The notes beneath the pieces were generated by a model. The model saw nothing but the letters and a program-made list of their open reading frames with translations, was not told where the DNA came from and ran no database searches. Position numbers and translations under genes: made by a program. This document shows positions 24,108 to 32,207 of a DNA stretch of 38,872 nt, piece after piece. This DNA comes from an archaeon. GTDB taxonomy: Archaea; Nanobdellota; Nanobdellia; Pacearchaeales; GW2011-AR1. Each line of letters opens with the position of its first letter. Within the stretch, counting starts at the first letter, position 1. The stretch is taken from assembly GCA_027341315.1 (NCBI GenBank), contig DAIENA010000001.1:1-38872 (forward strand), written 5' to 3'.

Positions 24108-24395
24108 ATGTATGATGAATTGGTAAAAGAAATGCTGAACAAGGGAAAGAAACAGTCTCTTGAAACAATTGATGGGATAGAAAGAATTCTTAAAAGTCAA
24201 TATGGAAGTATTGAGGGAAATGGGGTTCTAAAACCGGACAAGAACTTAAATGAGAATTATAATCTTTTAATAAATGCCCTCGGAAATTATAAAAAATCAA
24301 TAATTAATTTTTGGAATTCGCAAAAGAAAAAAATATCAGGACTTGGCATTCTTGAAACCGTCGTTTCAGAAAATTCCAAAAAAAGAAAAAAATAA
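24108..24395 (+). CDS. Hypothetical protein (95 aa)
   Basis: ORF only. Confidence 0.4.
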   Translation: MYDELVKEMLNKGKKQSLETIDGIERILKSQYGSIEGNGVLKPDKNLNENYNLLINALGNYKKSIINFWNSQKKKISGLGILETVVSENSKKRKK

Positions 24396-24415
24396 AACCA
24401 ATTCACTGTGTTAAT

Positions 24416-24940
24416 CTAAAATTTAAATTCCTCGCCACCTTGTTCCCATTCTTTCCTTATCTTTTCAGTTAAAAAATCCTTTGAAACTCTTCCGCTCCAC
24501 TCGTCGCTTCCTTTTTTTCTGTATGGAATGTAAAAATCCGGATCGTTATAAAAATTATAAGATTTTAAAACAGGATATTTTGTGTCTGTATTTTTTCTGA
24601 AAAATTTTGGTTCGCCAACTAATCCTTTTTGAATAAATACGTTAAGATAATAATTATAAGACTTTGTTGCCATTTCATCGACAAACGGATTAACCACCTC
24701 TTCTATCCATAATTTTTTATTTTTGTCCAAGAAATCAATTGACTTGTAAGTTTGCTCCCCATAAGTTTTTGTGATTATTTCTTGGTAAATATCTTTCCAA
24801 AATTCATGACGGCATCCCCCAAACATAATTAATCCATCGTTCGCGTCTGCGGATTCAACAAAATTTACATAAGCGTCAATTTCAAATTTATTCTCAAGAC
24901 CCGTTCTTTCGCTGATCCTTTTTTTTATTTTTTCATCCAT
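24416..24940 (-). CDS. Hypothetical protein (174 aa)
   Basis: Intact minus-strand ORF between rps7 and the EF-2 gene. No motif recognised. Confidence 0.5.
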   Translation of the reverse strand: MDEKIKKRISERTGLENKFEIDAYVNFVESADANDGLIMFGGCRHEFWKDIYQEIITKTYGEQTYKSIDFLDKNKKLWIEEVVNPFVDEMATKSYNYYLNVFIQKGLVGEPKFFRKNTDTKYPVLKSYNFYNDPDFYIPYRKKGSDEWSGRVSKDFLTEKIRKEWEQGGEEFKF

Positions 24941-24997
24941 ATCGCATAAGCGGGTTCATTATTATTAAATATTATTGTCCTCAAAACTACAAAAAGT

Positions 24998-25005
24998 TTT
25001 ATAAA
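24998..25005 (+). promoter_or_regulatory. TATA box (TTTATAAA) for the EF-2 gene
   Basis: Centre about 25 nt upstream of the ATG at 25027. Confidence 0.5.
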
Positions 25006-25026
25006 CTAATTTTTGTAAAACTAATT

Positions 25027-27222
25027 ATGGCAGAAAAAGAAACAAGTTTGGAGAAAATCAACAGATTGACTTCTAATCAGGAGACGATTCGTAATATCGC
25101 GACGTCCGCACACATTCACCACGGGAAAACGGCTTTTACGGACAATCTTTTGGCGGCGTCCGGAATGATGGCGGCAAAAAACGCGGGCGACCTTGAGGAA
25201 GGAATGGCGACGTGGCAGCACGCCGACGAACAGGAACGACTTATGACAGTCGACGCTGCGAACGTTTCGATGGCGCACTCTTATCAGGGAACAGAATATT
25301 TAATTAATTTAATTGACACCCCCGGCCACGTCGATTTCGGAGGAAATGTTACGAGGGCGATGCGTGCTATCGACGGAACTTTTGTTTTAATCTGCGCCGT
25401 TGAAGGAATAATGCCCCAGACTGAAACTGTTTTAAGACAGGCTTTGAAAGAAAGAGTAAAACCCGTTCTTTTTATTAACAAAGTCGACCGATTGATCAAC
25501 GAACTTAAATTTACGCCCGAACAAATGCAGGAGAGATTTATGAAATTAATTCAGGAATTTAATCATTTAATCGAGCAAATTGCAGAAAAAGAATTTGCGC
25601 AAAAGTGGAGAGTTAACGTTAACGACGGAAGCGTTGCTTTTGGTTCAGCGAGGGAAAACTGGGCGCTTTCAATTCCATTTATGAAAAAGAAAAATGTAAG
25701 TTTCAAAGATATTTACAAAATTTACGACGAGACAATTCCAAAAGAAGAAAGACAAAAGTGGGTTTGGGAAAACGCCGCGCTCTATGAAGTGGTTCTTGAT
25801 ATGGCAGTAAAACATTTGCCTAATCCATTAGAAGCACAAAAATATAGAATTCCAAAAATCTGGCACGGGGACGAGAATTCAGAATTTGGAAAAGCTTTGA
25901 TGACATGTGACCGAAAAGGAGAGGTTGGTTTTGTTGTAACAAGAATTGTTATCGACCCACGTAGCGGAAAAGAAGTTTGCGCCGGAAGACTTTATTCGGG
26001 AACGATAAAAAGCGGAATGGACGTTTATTGCAACAATGCAGCCAAATCCGGAAAAATTCAGCAGGTTCTTGTTTATAACGGAATTAAACCCGAGCAACTT
26101 CTTGAGGTCCCGGCGGGAAACGTTCTTGCGATAAGCGGTGTCGACGTCGATGTCGGTGAAACAATAACGGAAAAAGAACAAACTCCTTTTGAAGAGATTA
26201 AACACATTTTTCAGCCGGTTATTACCAAGTCAATTGAAGTTGTTAAAACGCAGGATTTACCAAAGCTTATTGAAATATTAAGAAAAGTTGCAAAGGAAGA
26301 CCCGTCGATAAAAATCGCGATTAACGAGGAAACGGGCGAGTCTTTACTTTCCGGAATGGGAGAACTTCATCTTGAAATTGTCGAGAACAGAATAAAAACC
26401 GAAAAAGGCCTTGAGGTTAAAACTTCTCCGCCGATTGTGGTTTACAGAGAGAGTGTTTCGAAAATTTCAGCTCCGAGTGAAGGGAGAAGTCCAAACAAAC
26501 ATAATAGCTTTTTTATTAAAGTCGAACCCTTGCCTGCAGAACTTGCTGAGCTTATTGATAAAGGAGAAATTTCTGAGGGAAGGATCAAGAAAAAATCAGA
26601 GCAGATTACAAAAGTGCTTTCGGGTATCGGGTGGGGCTCTGACGAAATAAGAAATGTTAAAGATGTTTACAAAGGAAATATTCTTTTCGACGAGACGCGT
26701 GGAGAAGTTCACATCGGAGAAGTAATTGAAATGGTAATGGACGCTTTCGAGATGGTGATGGACCAGGGGCCTCTTGCAAGAGAACCGTGTATGAATCTTA
26801 AAGTTACGTTAACAGATATAAAACTTCACGAGGACGCGATTCACCGTGGACCGGCGCAAGTTTATCCTGCTGTAAGAGACGCGATTAAAGAAGCGTTTAA
26901 GAGCGCCGGGCCGACTCTTTTGGAGCCGTTACAAGTTCACCTGATTGAAGTCCCTGAAAATCTTATGGGCTCAGCGTCGAAATTAGTCGGAAGTAAAAGA
27001 GGACAACTTCTCGGAATGAAACAGGAAGGCGGAGCGATGAGCCTTGAAGCAAAGATTCCCGTCGCTGAAATGATTGGATGGGCGAGCGATTTGAGAAGTG
27101 CAACTGAAGGCCGTGGAATTTCGTCGCTTCGAGACCAGAGTTTTGAAAAGGTTCCGCAGTCGCTACAACCCGACGTAATCAGAAAAATCAGAGACAGAAA
27201 AGGACTTGCGGAAAATCAGTAA
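25027..27222 (+). CDS. fusA: Translation elongation factor 2 (aEF-2)
   Basis: GTPase motifs AHIHHGKT, DTPGHVDF and NKVDR. The diphthamide-site region is HEDAIHRGPAQV. 731 aa. Confidence 0.95.
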   Translation: MAEKETSLEKINRLTSNQETIRNIATSAHIHHGKTAFTDNLLAASGMMAAKNAGDLEEGMATWQHADEQERLMTVDAANVSMAHSYQGTEYLINLIDTPGHVDFGGNVTRAMRAIDGTFVLICAVEGIMPQTETVLRQALKERVKPVLFINKVDRLINELKFTPEQMQERFMKLIQEFNHLIEQIAEKEFAQKWRVNVNDGSVAFGSARENWALSIPFMKKKNVSFKDIYKIYDETIPKEERQKWVWENAALYEVVLDMAVKHLPNPLEAQKYRIPKIWHGDENSEFGKALMTCDRKGEVGFVVTRIVIDPRSGKEVCAGRLYSGTIKSGMDVYCNNAAKSGKIQQVLVYNGIKPEQLLEVPAGNVLAISGVDVDVGETITEKEQTPFEEIKHIFQPVITKSIEVVKTQDLPKLIEILRKVAKEDPSIKIAINEETGESLLSGMGELHLEIVENRIKTEKGLEVKTSPPIVVYRESVSKISAPSEGRSPNKHNSFFIKVEPLPAELAELIDKGEISEGRIKKKSEQITKVLSGIGWGSDEIRNVKDVYKGNILFDETRGEVHIGEVIEMVMDAFEMVMDQGPLAREPCMNLKVTLTDIKLHEDAIHRGPAQVYPAVRDAIKEAFKSAGPTLLEPLQVHLIEVPENLMGSASKLVGSKRGQLLGMKQEGGAMSLEAKIPVAEMIGWASDLRSATEGRGISSLRDQSFEKVPQSLQPDVIRKIRDRKGLAENQ

Positions 27223-27267
27223 TTATATTATATAAATATTTTTAAATAAAATTTGTTTTTTATTTTT

Positions 27268-27660
27268 ATGAATAAACAAATAGCATATCAAACTCTGGTA
27301 ACCAATTATTTGACTCACAGGAAAGTCCCTGAAGAAAAACAAAAAGGTTTAGCTAAAAGAATTTTAAATGAAATAAATAATATGAGGGGATCGAGTCTAA
27401 CCGACGGATTTAGACATTTCCTTTTAGAAAAGAGCATTGCAAAAAACGCAGTAACAGCATACCTTGATGCAAATTCTTTGAGTGTTATTTCGTATAAAAT
27501 AAACAAAACCCAGAGTGAAAATTTGTCTAAAAGATTATGCAAATTCAAATTAAACAAAGAAGAAAGGAAAGATATCTTGGACAATTGGGCAATGTTCAAA
27601 GCTGAAAATGAAACCGAGGCAGGAATTTACGGAAATTGTCTTTATGTTTCAAATAATTAA
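27268..27660 (+). CDS. Hypothetical protein (130 aa)
   Basis: ORF trimmed to its first ATG. No motif recognised. Confidence 0.4.
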   Translation: MNKQIAYQTLVTNYLTHRKVPEEKQKGLAKRILNEINNMRGSSLTDGFRHFLLEKSIAKNAVTAYLDANSLSVISYKINKTQSENLSKRLCKFKLNKEERKDILDNWAMFKAENETEAGIYGNCLYVSNN

Positions 27661-27709
27661 TATTATAAATCTCAATTAATTTTAAATATTCACCGATTCA
27701 ATTCTTTCC

Positions 27710-28531
27710 ATGAATAATTCAAAAAATCCGGTTAAGGAGACTCTAAAGAAGAGATATCCAAACATGAATGAATTTCTTTTTGAAACTTCATATTTTTTAT
27801 TGAAGCATATAATAAATGAAAAAGGGTTAAATGAAATTCTTTTGAAAAATGGAAAATTTTACGGGATTGATTTTGCAAATGCTATACTTAATTATCTAAA
27901 CATTAATTATAATCTGCATGGAAAAATTCCGGATGAAGGGAGGTATATATTCACTTCTAATCATCCATCAAATGGAATTGATGGAAATATACTTATGAGT
28001 GCGGTCGGAGGTAAAAACAAAAACATCAAATTTTTTGTCGCAGATTTTATTTCTGAATATGAAAATTATAAAGATATTTTTTTACCAACTGACTTTTCAG
28101 GAAAAAAAGGAAGAGAAAACACAAAAAAAGTCATAAATGCCTTAGAATCAAATTCACAAATTATAATATTTCCTGCCGGAGATATTTCAGTAAAAATTAA
28201 AGATAAAATAAGAGACATTCCTTGAAATTCAAGTGTAGTGAATTGGTCCAAAAAGTATGAACGGGATATTGTCCCAGTTTATTTTAATGGGAAAAATTCA
28301 AATTTATTTTACTTAGTTTCAAGGCTGAGACTGTTTTTTAAAATAAAAGGAAATCTTGAAAAACTATTTATGGTCAGAGAAATAACATCTCAGCGTGGAA
28401 AAACATTTGATATTGTTTTTGGAGAACCTATTCCTTATCAAAATTTTACAAATGAAAAAACTTCAAAAGAATGGGCTGACCAAATTTATAATAAAGTTTA
28501 TTCGCTTGAGGAAAAATTAATAAGAATATAA
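27710..28531 (+). pseudogene. PlsC/'putative hemolysin'-type acyltransferase interrupted by one in-frame TGA (28223-28225)
   Basis: The two ORF-track pieces (27710-28225 and 28238-28531) are in the same frame. The N-terminal piece has the HX4D motif (NHPSNGID) and IIIFPAGD. The C-terminal piece continues the same domain (RDIVPVYFNGKNSNLFY). Only the TGA and four sense codons separate them. Confidence 0.6.
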
Positions 28532-28563
28532 GAATTTTTAAACCCCTTCGTCGTTAATTTTGG

Positions 28564-29421
28564 ATGTCACTAAAATCGTTTTGGAAAAGTTCGTCGGCAA
28601 ATAAGCTAATCGTCGTCGTGGCTTTAATCTGGGCCGCTTTGGCGGTTGTTTTTGGAATTTACGATTTGGAAATTTCAAAATTCCTTTTCAATGCGTCGAA
28701 CCCCGTCGGAAAATTAGTCGGGGCGTTCGGTGAAATTCCCGGAATACTTTTCGGGTTATTTGCCTTGTTCACGTTTTGGGCAGGCTCAAATTTTAAAAGT
28801 AAAAGCAATAGAGCATTTGTTTTCCTTGGAGAAGTTGTCGTTTCGACTTTTTTGTTTTATTACATTTTAAAATTGATTTTTAATTATACAAATTTTGATT
28901 TTAAATTTAATTCTCTTTTAGGAATTACCCTGGGATTTGGATTAGTTTTACTCTCTTTAATCTGCCTGTACACATTTAAATTAAAATATGCAAAATTTTC
29001 CAAAAAAAATTATTTATTTGCAAAGTTGAGTGTAATTCTTTTTGTCGTTGCCGGCGCAATTGTTGAAATCTTAAAAGTTCTCTGGGGAAGAATGCGTTAT
29101 GAAGACGTCGTTCTTGGCGTCGGAAAATTTACCGCCTGGTATTTGCCGCAGGGAATCACCGGAAACTCTTCTTTTCCGTCGGGACACGCCTACCTTGGGT
29201 GGATTTTAATTCCGTTATTTTTAATATTCTTAAATAAAAACAAAATTTGGAAATGGATTTTGATAATTTTGACTTCAATTTTCGGGTTGTTTATTTCCTT
29301 GGAAAGAATTGTCACCGGAGCGCATTACGCTTCGGACGTTTTATTTTCCGGAGGAATTGTAATTATATTATTTTTAATTTTATACCATAAATATTTTTTG
29401 AAGAGTTCCGGGAAGAAATGA
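28564..29421 (+). CDS. PAP2-family (type 2 phosphatidic acid / undecaprenyl-PP-type) membrane phosphatase
   Basis: KVLWGRMRY, FPSGHA and SLERIVTGAHYASDV fit the tripartite PAP2 motif (KxxxxxxRP / PSGH / SRxxxxxHxxxD). Multiple TM helices. Confidence 0.75.
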   Translation: MSLKSFWKSSSANKLIVVVALIWAALAVVFGIYDLEISKFLFNASNPVGKLVGAFGEIPGILFGLFALFTFWAGSNFKSKSNRAFVFLGEVVVSTFLFYYILKLIFNYTNFDFKFNSLLGITLGFGLVLLSLICLYTFKLKYAKFSKKNYLFAKLSVILFVVAGAIVEILKVLWGRMRYEDVVLGVGKFTAWYLPQGITGNSSFPSGHAYLGWILIPLFLIFLNKNKIWKWILIILTSIFGLFISLERIVTGAHYASDVLFSGGIVIILFLILYHKYFLKSSGKK

Positions 29422-29432
29422 GAATCACAAGT

Positions 29433-29440
29433 TTTATAAA
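29433..29440 (+). promoter_or_regulatory. TATA box (TTTATAAA) for rpoL
   Basis: Centre about 25 nt upstream of the ATG at 29462. Confidence 0.5.
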
Positions 29441-29461
29441 TAAAGTTTTTGATTTTAAAAT

Positions 29462-29725
29462 ATGGAAGTTAAAGTTTTAAGAAAAGAAAAAAACGAAATT
29501 GAAATTGAGTTTGACGATTTGACATTTCCTGAAATTTTAAGGGTTTACTTGAATAAAGATTCTGCTGTGACTTTTGCAGCCTGGAAGAAGGAACACTCAA
29601 CGTTGAATCCGGTTCTCCTTGTTAAAACGAAAGGAAAAGAAGCTAAAGCGGCCGTTGACAAGGCAATTCAGGAAATTACAAAAGACCTTGAGAAAGTTGA
29701 AGAAGACTTTAAGAAATTGAAATAA
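29462..29725 (+). CDS. rpoL: DNA-directed RNA polymerase subunit L (Rpo11)
   Basis: MEVKVLRKEKNEIEIEF...VTFAAWKKEHSTLNPVLLVKTKG aligns by eye with Sulfolobus-type RpoL (MEIKIL...VSFASYYQPHPL...). 87 aa. Confidence 0.7.
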   Translation: MEVKVLRKEKNEIEIEFDDLTFPEILRVYLNKDSAVTFAAWKKEHSTLNPVLLVKTKGKEAKAAVDKAIQEITKDLEKVEEDFKKLK

Positions 29726-29798
29726 ATCTAGTTTTGTAATCTATAAAAATTGGCTGCATAATATAAATACTTATTAATCCAAAATTATTTTATTTTTA

Positions 29799-30533
29799 AT
29801 GGAAAATTCAGACGAAAGAATTTCGACCGGAAGTTTTGATTTGAATGATTGGCTCGGCGGCGGTTACGAAAAAGGAATCGTTACGATGATTGTCGGACCG
29901 CCAGGTTCGGGAAAGAGCAATATGTCGATTCTTGCGGCGTGTTCGCGGGCCCGCGATGAAAAAGTTATTTTCGTTGATACGGAAGGGGGTTTCTCCGTCG
30001 AGAGAGTTAAACAAATTGTCGGCGAAGAAAATTCCGAAAGAATTTTAAAAAATATTTTAATTTTAAACCCCACAAATTTCCAGGAACAAAAAAAACATTT
30101 TTCAAAACTTCTTGATAATGTAAAAAAAGAGGAAATTGGTTTAATTATTGTTGATTCAATTGCAATGCTTTACCGGCTCGAACTTGGCGACGCTGTTCAA
30201 AGTGACAACGAAGAAAAAATAAGAGAAGTCAACCGCGACGTTGCAAGACAGATGAGAACTTTGGTAGAAATTTCAAGGAAACAGAATATTCCTATTTTAA
30301 TAACCAACCAAGTTTATGCAAATTTTTTACCTTTTGATGAAATGCAGAAAGGAGCCGAAAAAGAAATGAATATCGTCGGAGGAGATTTGTTTAAATATTG
30401 GAGTAAGTGTATTATAGAATTAAAATCGGACCGGACAAGGAAAGCCGTTCTATTAAAACACCGAAGTCTTGACAAAAGGGATTTTAATTTCGAGATAAGA
30501 AACGAAGGCATTTTTAAACGCGGGCTTTTTTAA
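29799..30533 (+). CDS. radB: RadB-type RecA-family recombinase paralogue (no N-terminal HhH domain)
   Basis: Walker A IVGPPGSGKSN, VIFVDTEGGFSVERVKQI and Walker B LIIVDSI. The 244-aa size fits RadB. Confidence 0.75.
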   Translation: MENSDERISTGSFDLNDWLGGGYEKGIVTMIVGPPGSGKSNMSILAACSRARDEKVIFVDTEGGFSVERVKQIVGEENSERILKNILILNPTNFQEQKKHFSKLLDNVKKEEIGLIIVDSIAMLYRLELGDAVQSDNEEKIREVNRDVARQMRTLVEISRKQNIPILITNQVYANFLPFDEMQKGAEKEMNIVGGDLFKYWSKCIIELKSDRTRKAVLLKHRSLDKRDFNFEIRNEGIFKRGLF

Positions 30534-30558
30534 AAATTCTGGGGGAATAAACCCCAAA

Positions 30559-30582
30559 CGAAGTTTTGTAAACAAAACTTCG
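30559..30582 (+). other. Perfect 10-bp stem / 4-nt loop hairpin (CGAAGTTTTG-TAAA-CAAAACTTCG) followed by a T5 run
   Basis: Read directly. It lies 26 nt downstream of the radB stop, and TTTTT lies at 30589-30593. It could be a terminator or a small structured RNA element. Confidence 0.4.
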
Positions 30583-30700
30583 GAGGCATTTTTAAGAAGG
30601 ATTATTTTAAAATTTTAAATAAATTTTCTGGATGGAATTGTTTTGTTGCCCCTCTCCAAAACTCATTAATAATTTTAAACCTCATTTCCCTTGAAAAATT

Positions 30701-31903
30701 ATGGAAGAGGTGAAATTTGGAATTGTAGAAAAATTGTCTAAATTAAATTTTAAAGTAAAAGATTTTTCAAATATTTCAAAATTCGAGGGCGCGAGTCCGC
30801 CAAGTGTTTTTATCGGCTCCGGTTTAAAGTATCCTCTTGTTAACGTCGGAATTCTTTCCCCCGTCGGAAAGGTCGAAGACGCAGAAATTTTTGACGCCCC
30901 GAAAAGCTGGGCAAAAGAAGATTTTTCAATCCGTGATATTTTGTCGTTAAGAGAAAATCTTCTAAATTCGAGATTTTCCTCCCAGGTTACGGATTCGAGA
31001 TTAAATAAAAAATTCACCCAAATTGCAAAAGAGATTGCAATTTCCGGAAAGTCCGTCGACGTCGAGATTGAGCTAAAATCGCGGATTAATTTTGGAAAAA
31101 ACACCGACAAAATTCTGACGCCAAACGGCATGAAAGCAGAATTAAAAAATGCAAGAGTCACTGAAAACATAAAAATTAATGAAAAAGTCGACCGAGCGAT
31201 GAACGATGAAATAAAAGCCGGAGAAGGAATAAGTTATCTTTATTCTTCCGGAATAAATGAGTATTCCCTTTCAAAAATTTTGTCTGTCGGAGTTCTCGGA
31301 TTAAAAAAAGATAAAAAGATGGTTCCGACAAGATGGAGTATAACCGCGACCGACGACATAATTTCAAAAGAAATTTTAAAAAAAGTCAAAGAATATAAAT
31401 GGATTGAAAATTATGAATTGTTGACCGGAGAATTTTTAGGAAATCAATATTTAATTTTACTTTTTCCAAATGTCTGGAGCTTCGAACTTTTCGAACTTTA
31501 TTATCCCGGCTCGAGTTGGAATCCTGGAACCGACCTTAAAGCCTCGACGGATTCGGAAGGTTACAACGGAAGAACAACTTATGCTTCTAACTGCGGCGGG
31601 GGATATTACGCAACGAGACTTCCTGTTCTTGAATATTTAAACTCAATAGGAAGGCAGGCGGGAGTTCTCGCAATCCGACTTGAAACTCCGAGTTATTGGG
31701 CCGCTCTTGGCGTGTGGGTTGTGAGAGAAAGCGTCCGAAAGTCTTTAACAAATTCGCTGAGTTTTTCGTCGCGTGAAGAATTAATTAAAAACTCAAAAGA
31801 AATTTCAATCCAAAAATTTAATTTTGATCCTGAAATAATTTACAAAAAAAGTAATCTATTAAGAATTTACGGGACACAAAAAAATTTAAGAGATTGGTTT
31901 TAA
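30701..31903 (+). CDS. nreA: NreA-family DNA repair protein (DUF650/DUF651, 'neighbour of RadB') with a C-terminal PIP box
   Basis: SPPSVFIGSGLKYPLVNVG and MVPTRWSITATDD match what I recall of the Nre family. It sits immediately downstream of radB. The last eight residues QKNLRDWF fit Qxx[LIM]xx[FWY][FWY]. Confidence 0.65.
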   Translation: MEEVKFGIVEKLSKLNFKVKDFSNISKFEGASPPSVFIGSGLKYPLVNVGILSPVGKVEDAEIFDAPKSWAKEDFSIRDILSLRENLLNSRFSSQVTDSRLNKKFTQIAKEIAISGKSVDVEIELKSRINFGKNTDKILTPNGMKAELKNARVTENIKINEKVDRAMNDEIKAGEGISYLYSSGINEYSLSKILSVGVLGLKKDKKMVPTRWSITATDDIISKEILKKVKEYKWIENYELLTGEFLGNQYLILLFPNVWSFELFELYYPGSSWNPGTDLKASTDSEGYNGRTTYASNCGGGYYATRLPVLEYLNSIGRQAGVLAIRLETPSYWAALGVWVVRESVRKSLTNSLSFSSREELIKNSKEISIQKFNFDPEIIYKKSNLLRIYGTQKNLRDWF

Positions 31904-31964
31904 TTTTCCCCTAAAGAAACCTTTTTAACCTAAATAAACCTTTTTCAAGTAAAGGAGGTGAAAA

Positions 31965-32177
31965 ATGGGAGGTCATTTTGCAGACGGATTTTTGGCGCTT
32001 GTTGCGTTGGTATTCGCTCTTTTAGAATTTAGTTACTCAAATATTGTAGTAATTATAGCAGTAGCGTTGATTTTGATTCACGCACTCTCGCACGCATTAG
32101 GATTATGCAGGTGCGGTTGTGAATGCAATCACGAACCAATGAAAAACATGCCAAAGAAACCTATGAAGAAAAAATAG
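31965..32177 (+). CDS. Small membrane protein (70 aa) with a Cys-rich segment and a basic tail
   Basis: A strong Shine-Dalgarno GGAGGTG (31954-31960) lies 4 nt before the ATG. Two hydrophobic helices are followed by CRCGCECNHEP and KKPMKKK. Confidence 0.5.
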   Translation: MGGHFADGFLALVALVFALLEFSYSNIVVIIAVALILIHALSHALGLCRCGCECNHEPMKNMPKKPMKKK

Positions 32178-32207
32178 GTTTGTGTTTTATTTTTTATTTT
32201 GTTTTAA

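Noticed and set aside
2362-27222. Inteins in NrdJ, RpoB, RpoA, EF-2 or the topoisomerase (common archaeal intein hosts)
   Set aside because: The conserved motifs are contiguous and the protein lengths are at or below family norms. I saw no Cys/Ser-initiated insertion with an HN-[CST] end.
28223-28225. TGA reassigned to an amino acid (code 4/25-like) across the genome
   Set aside because: TGA ends at least three other genes at sensible positions (15471-15473, 29419-21 and 35242-44, the last after a family-typical YIWP C-terminus). No other conserved gene in the window has an in-frame TGA. It remains a local pseudogene or readthrough question only.
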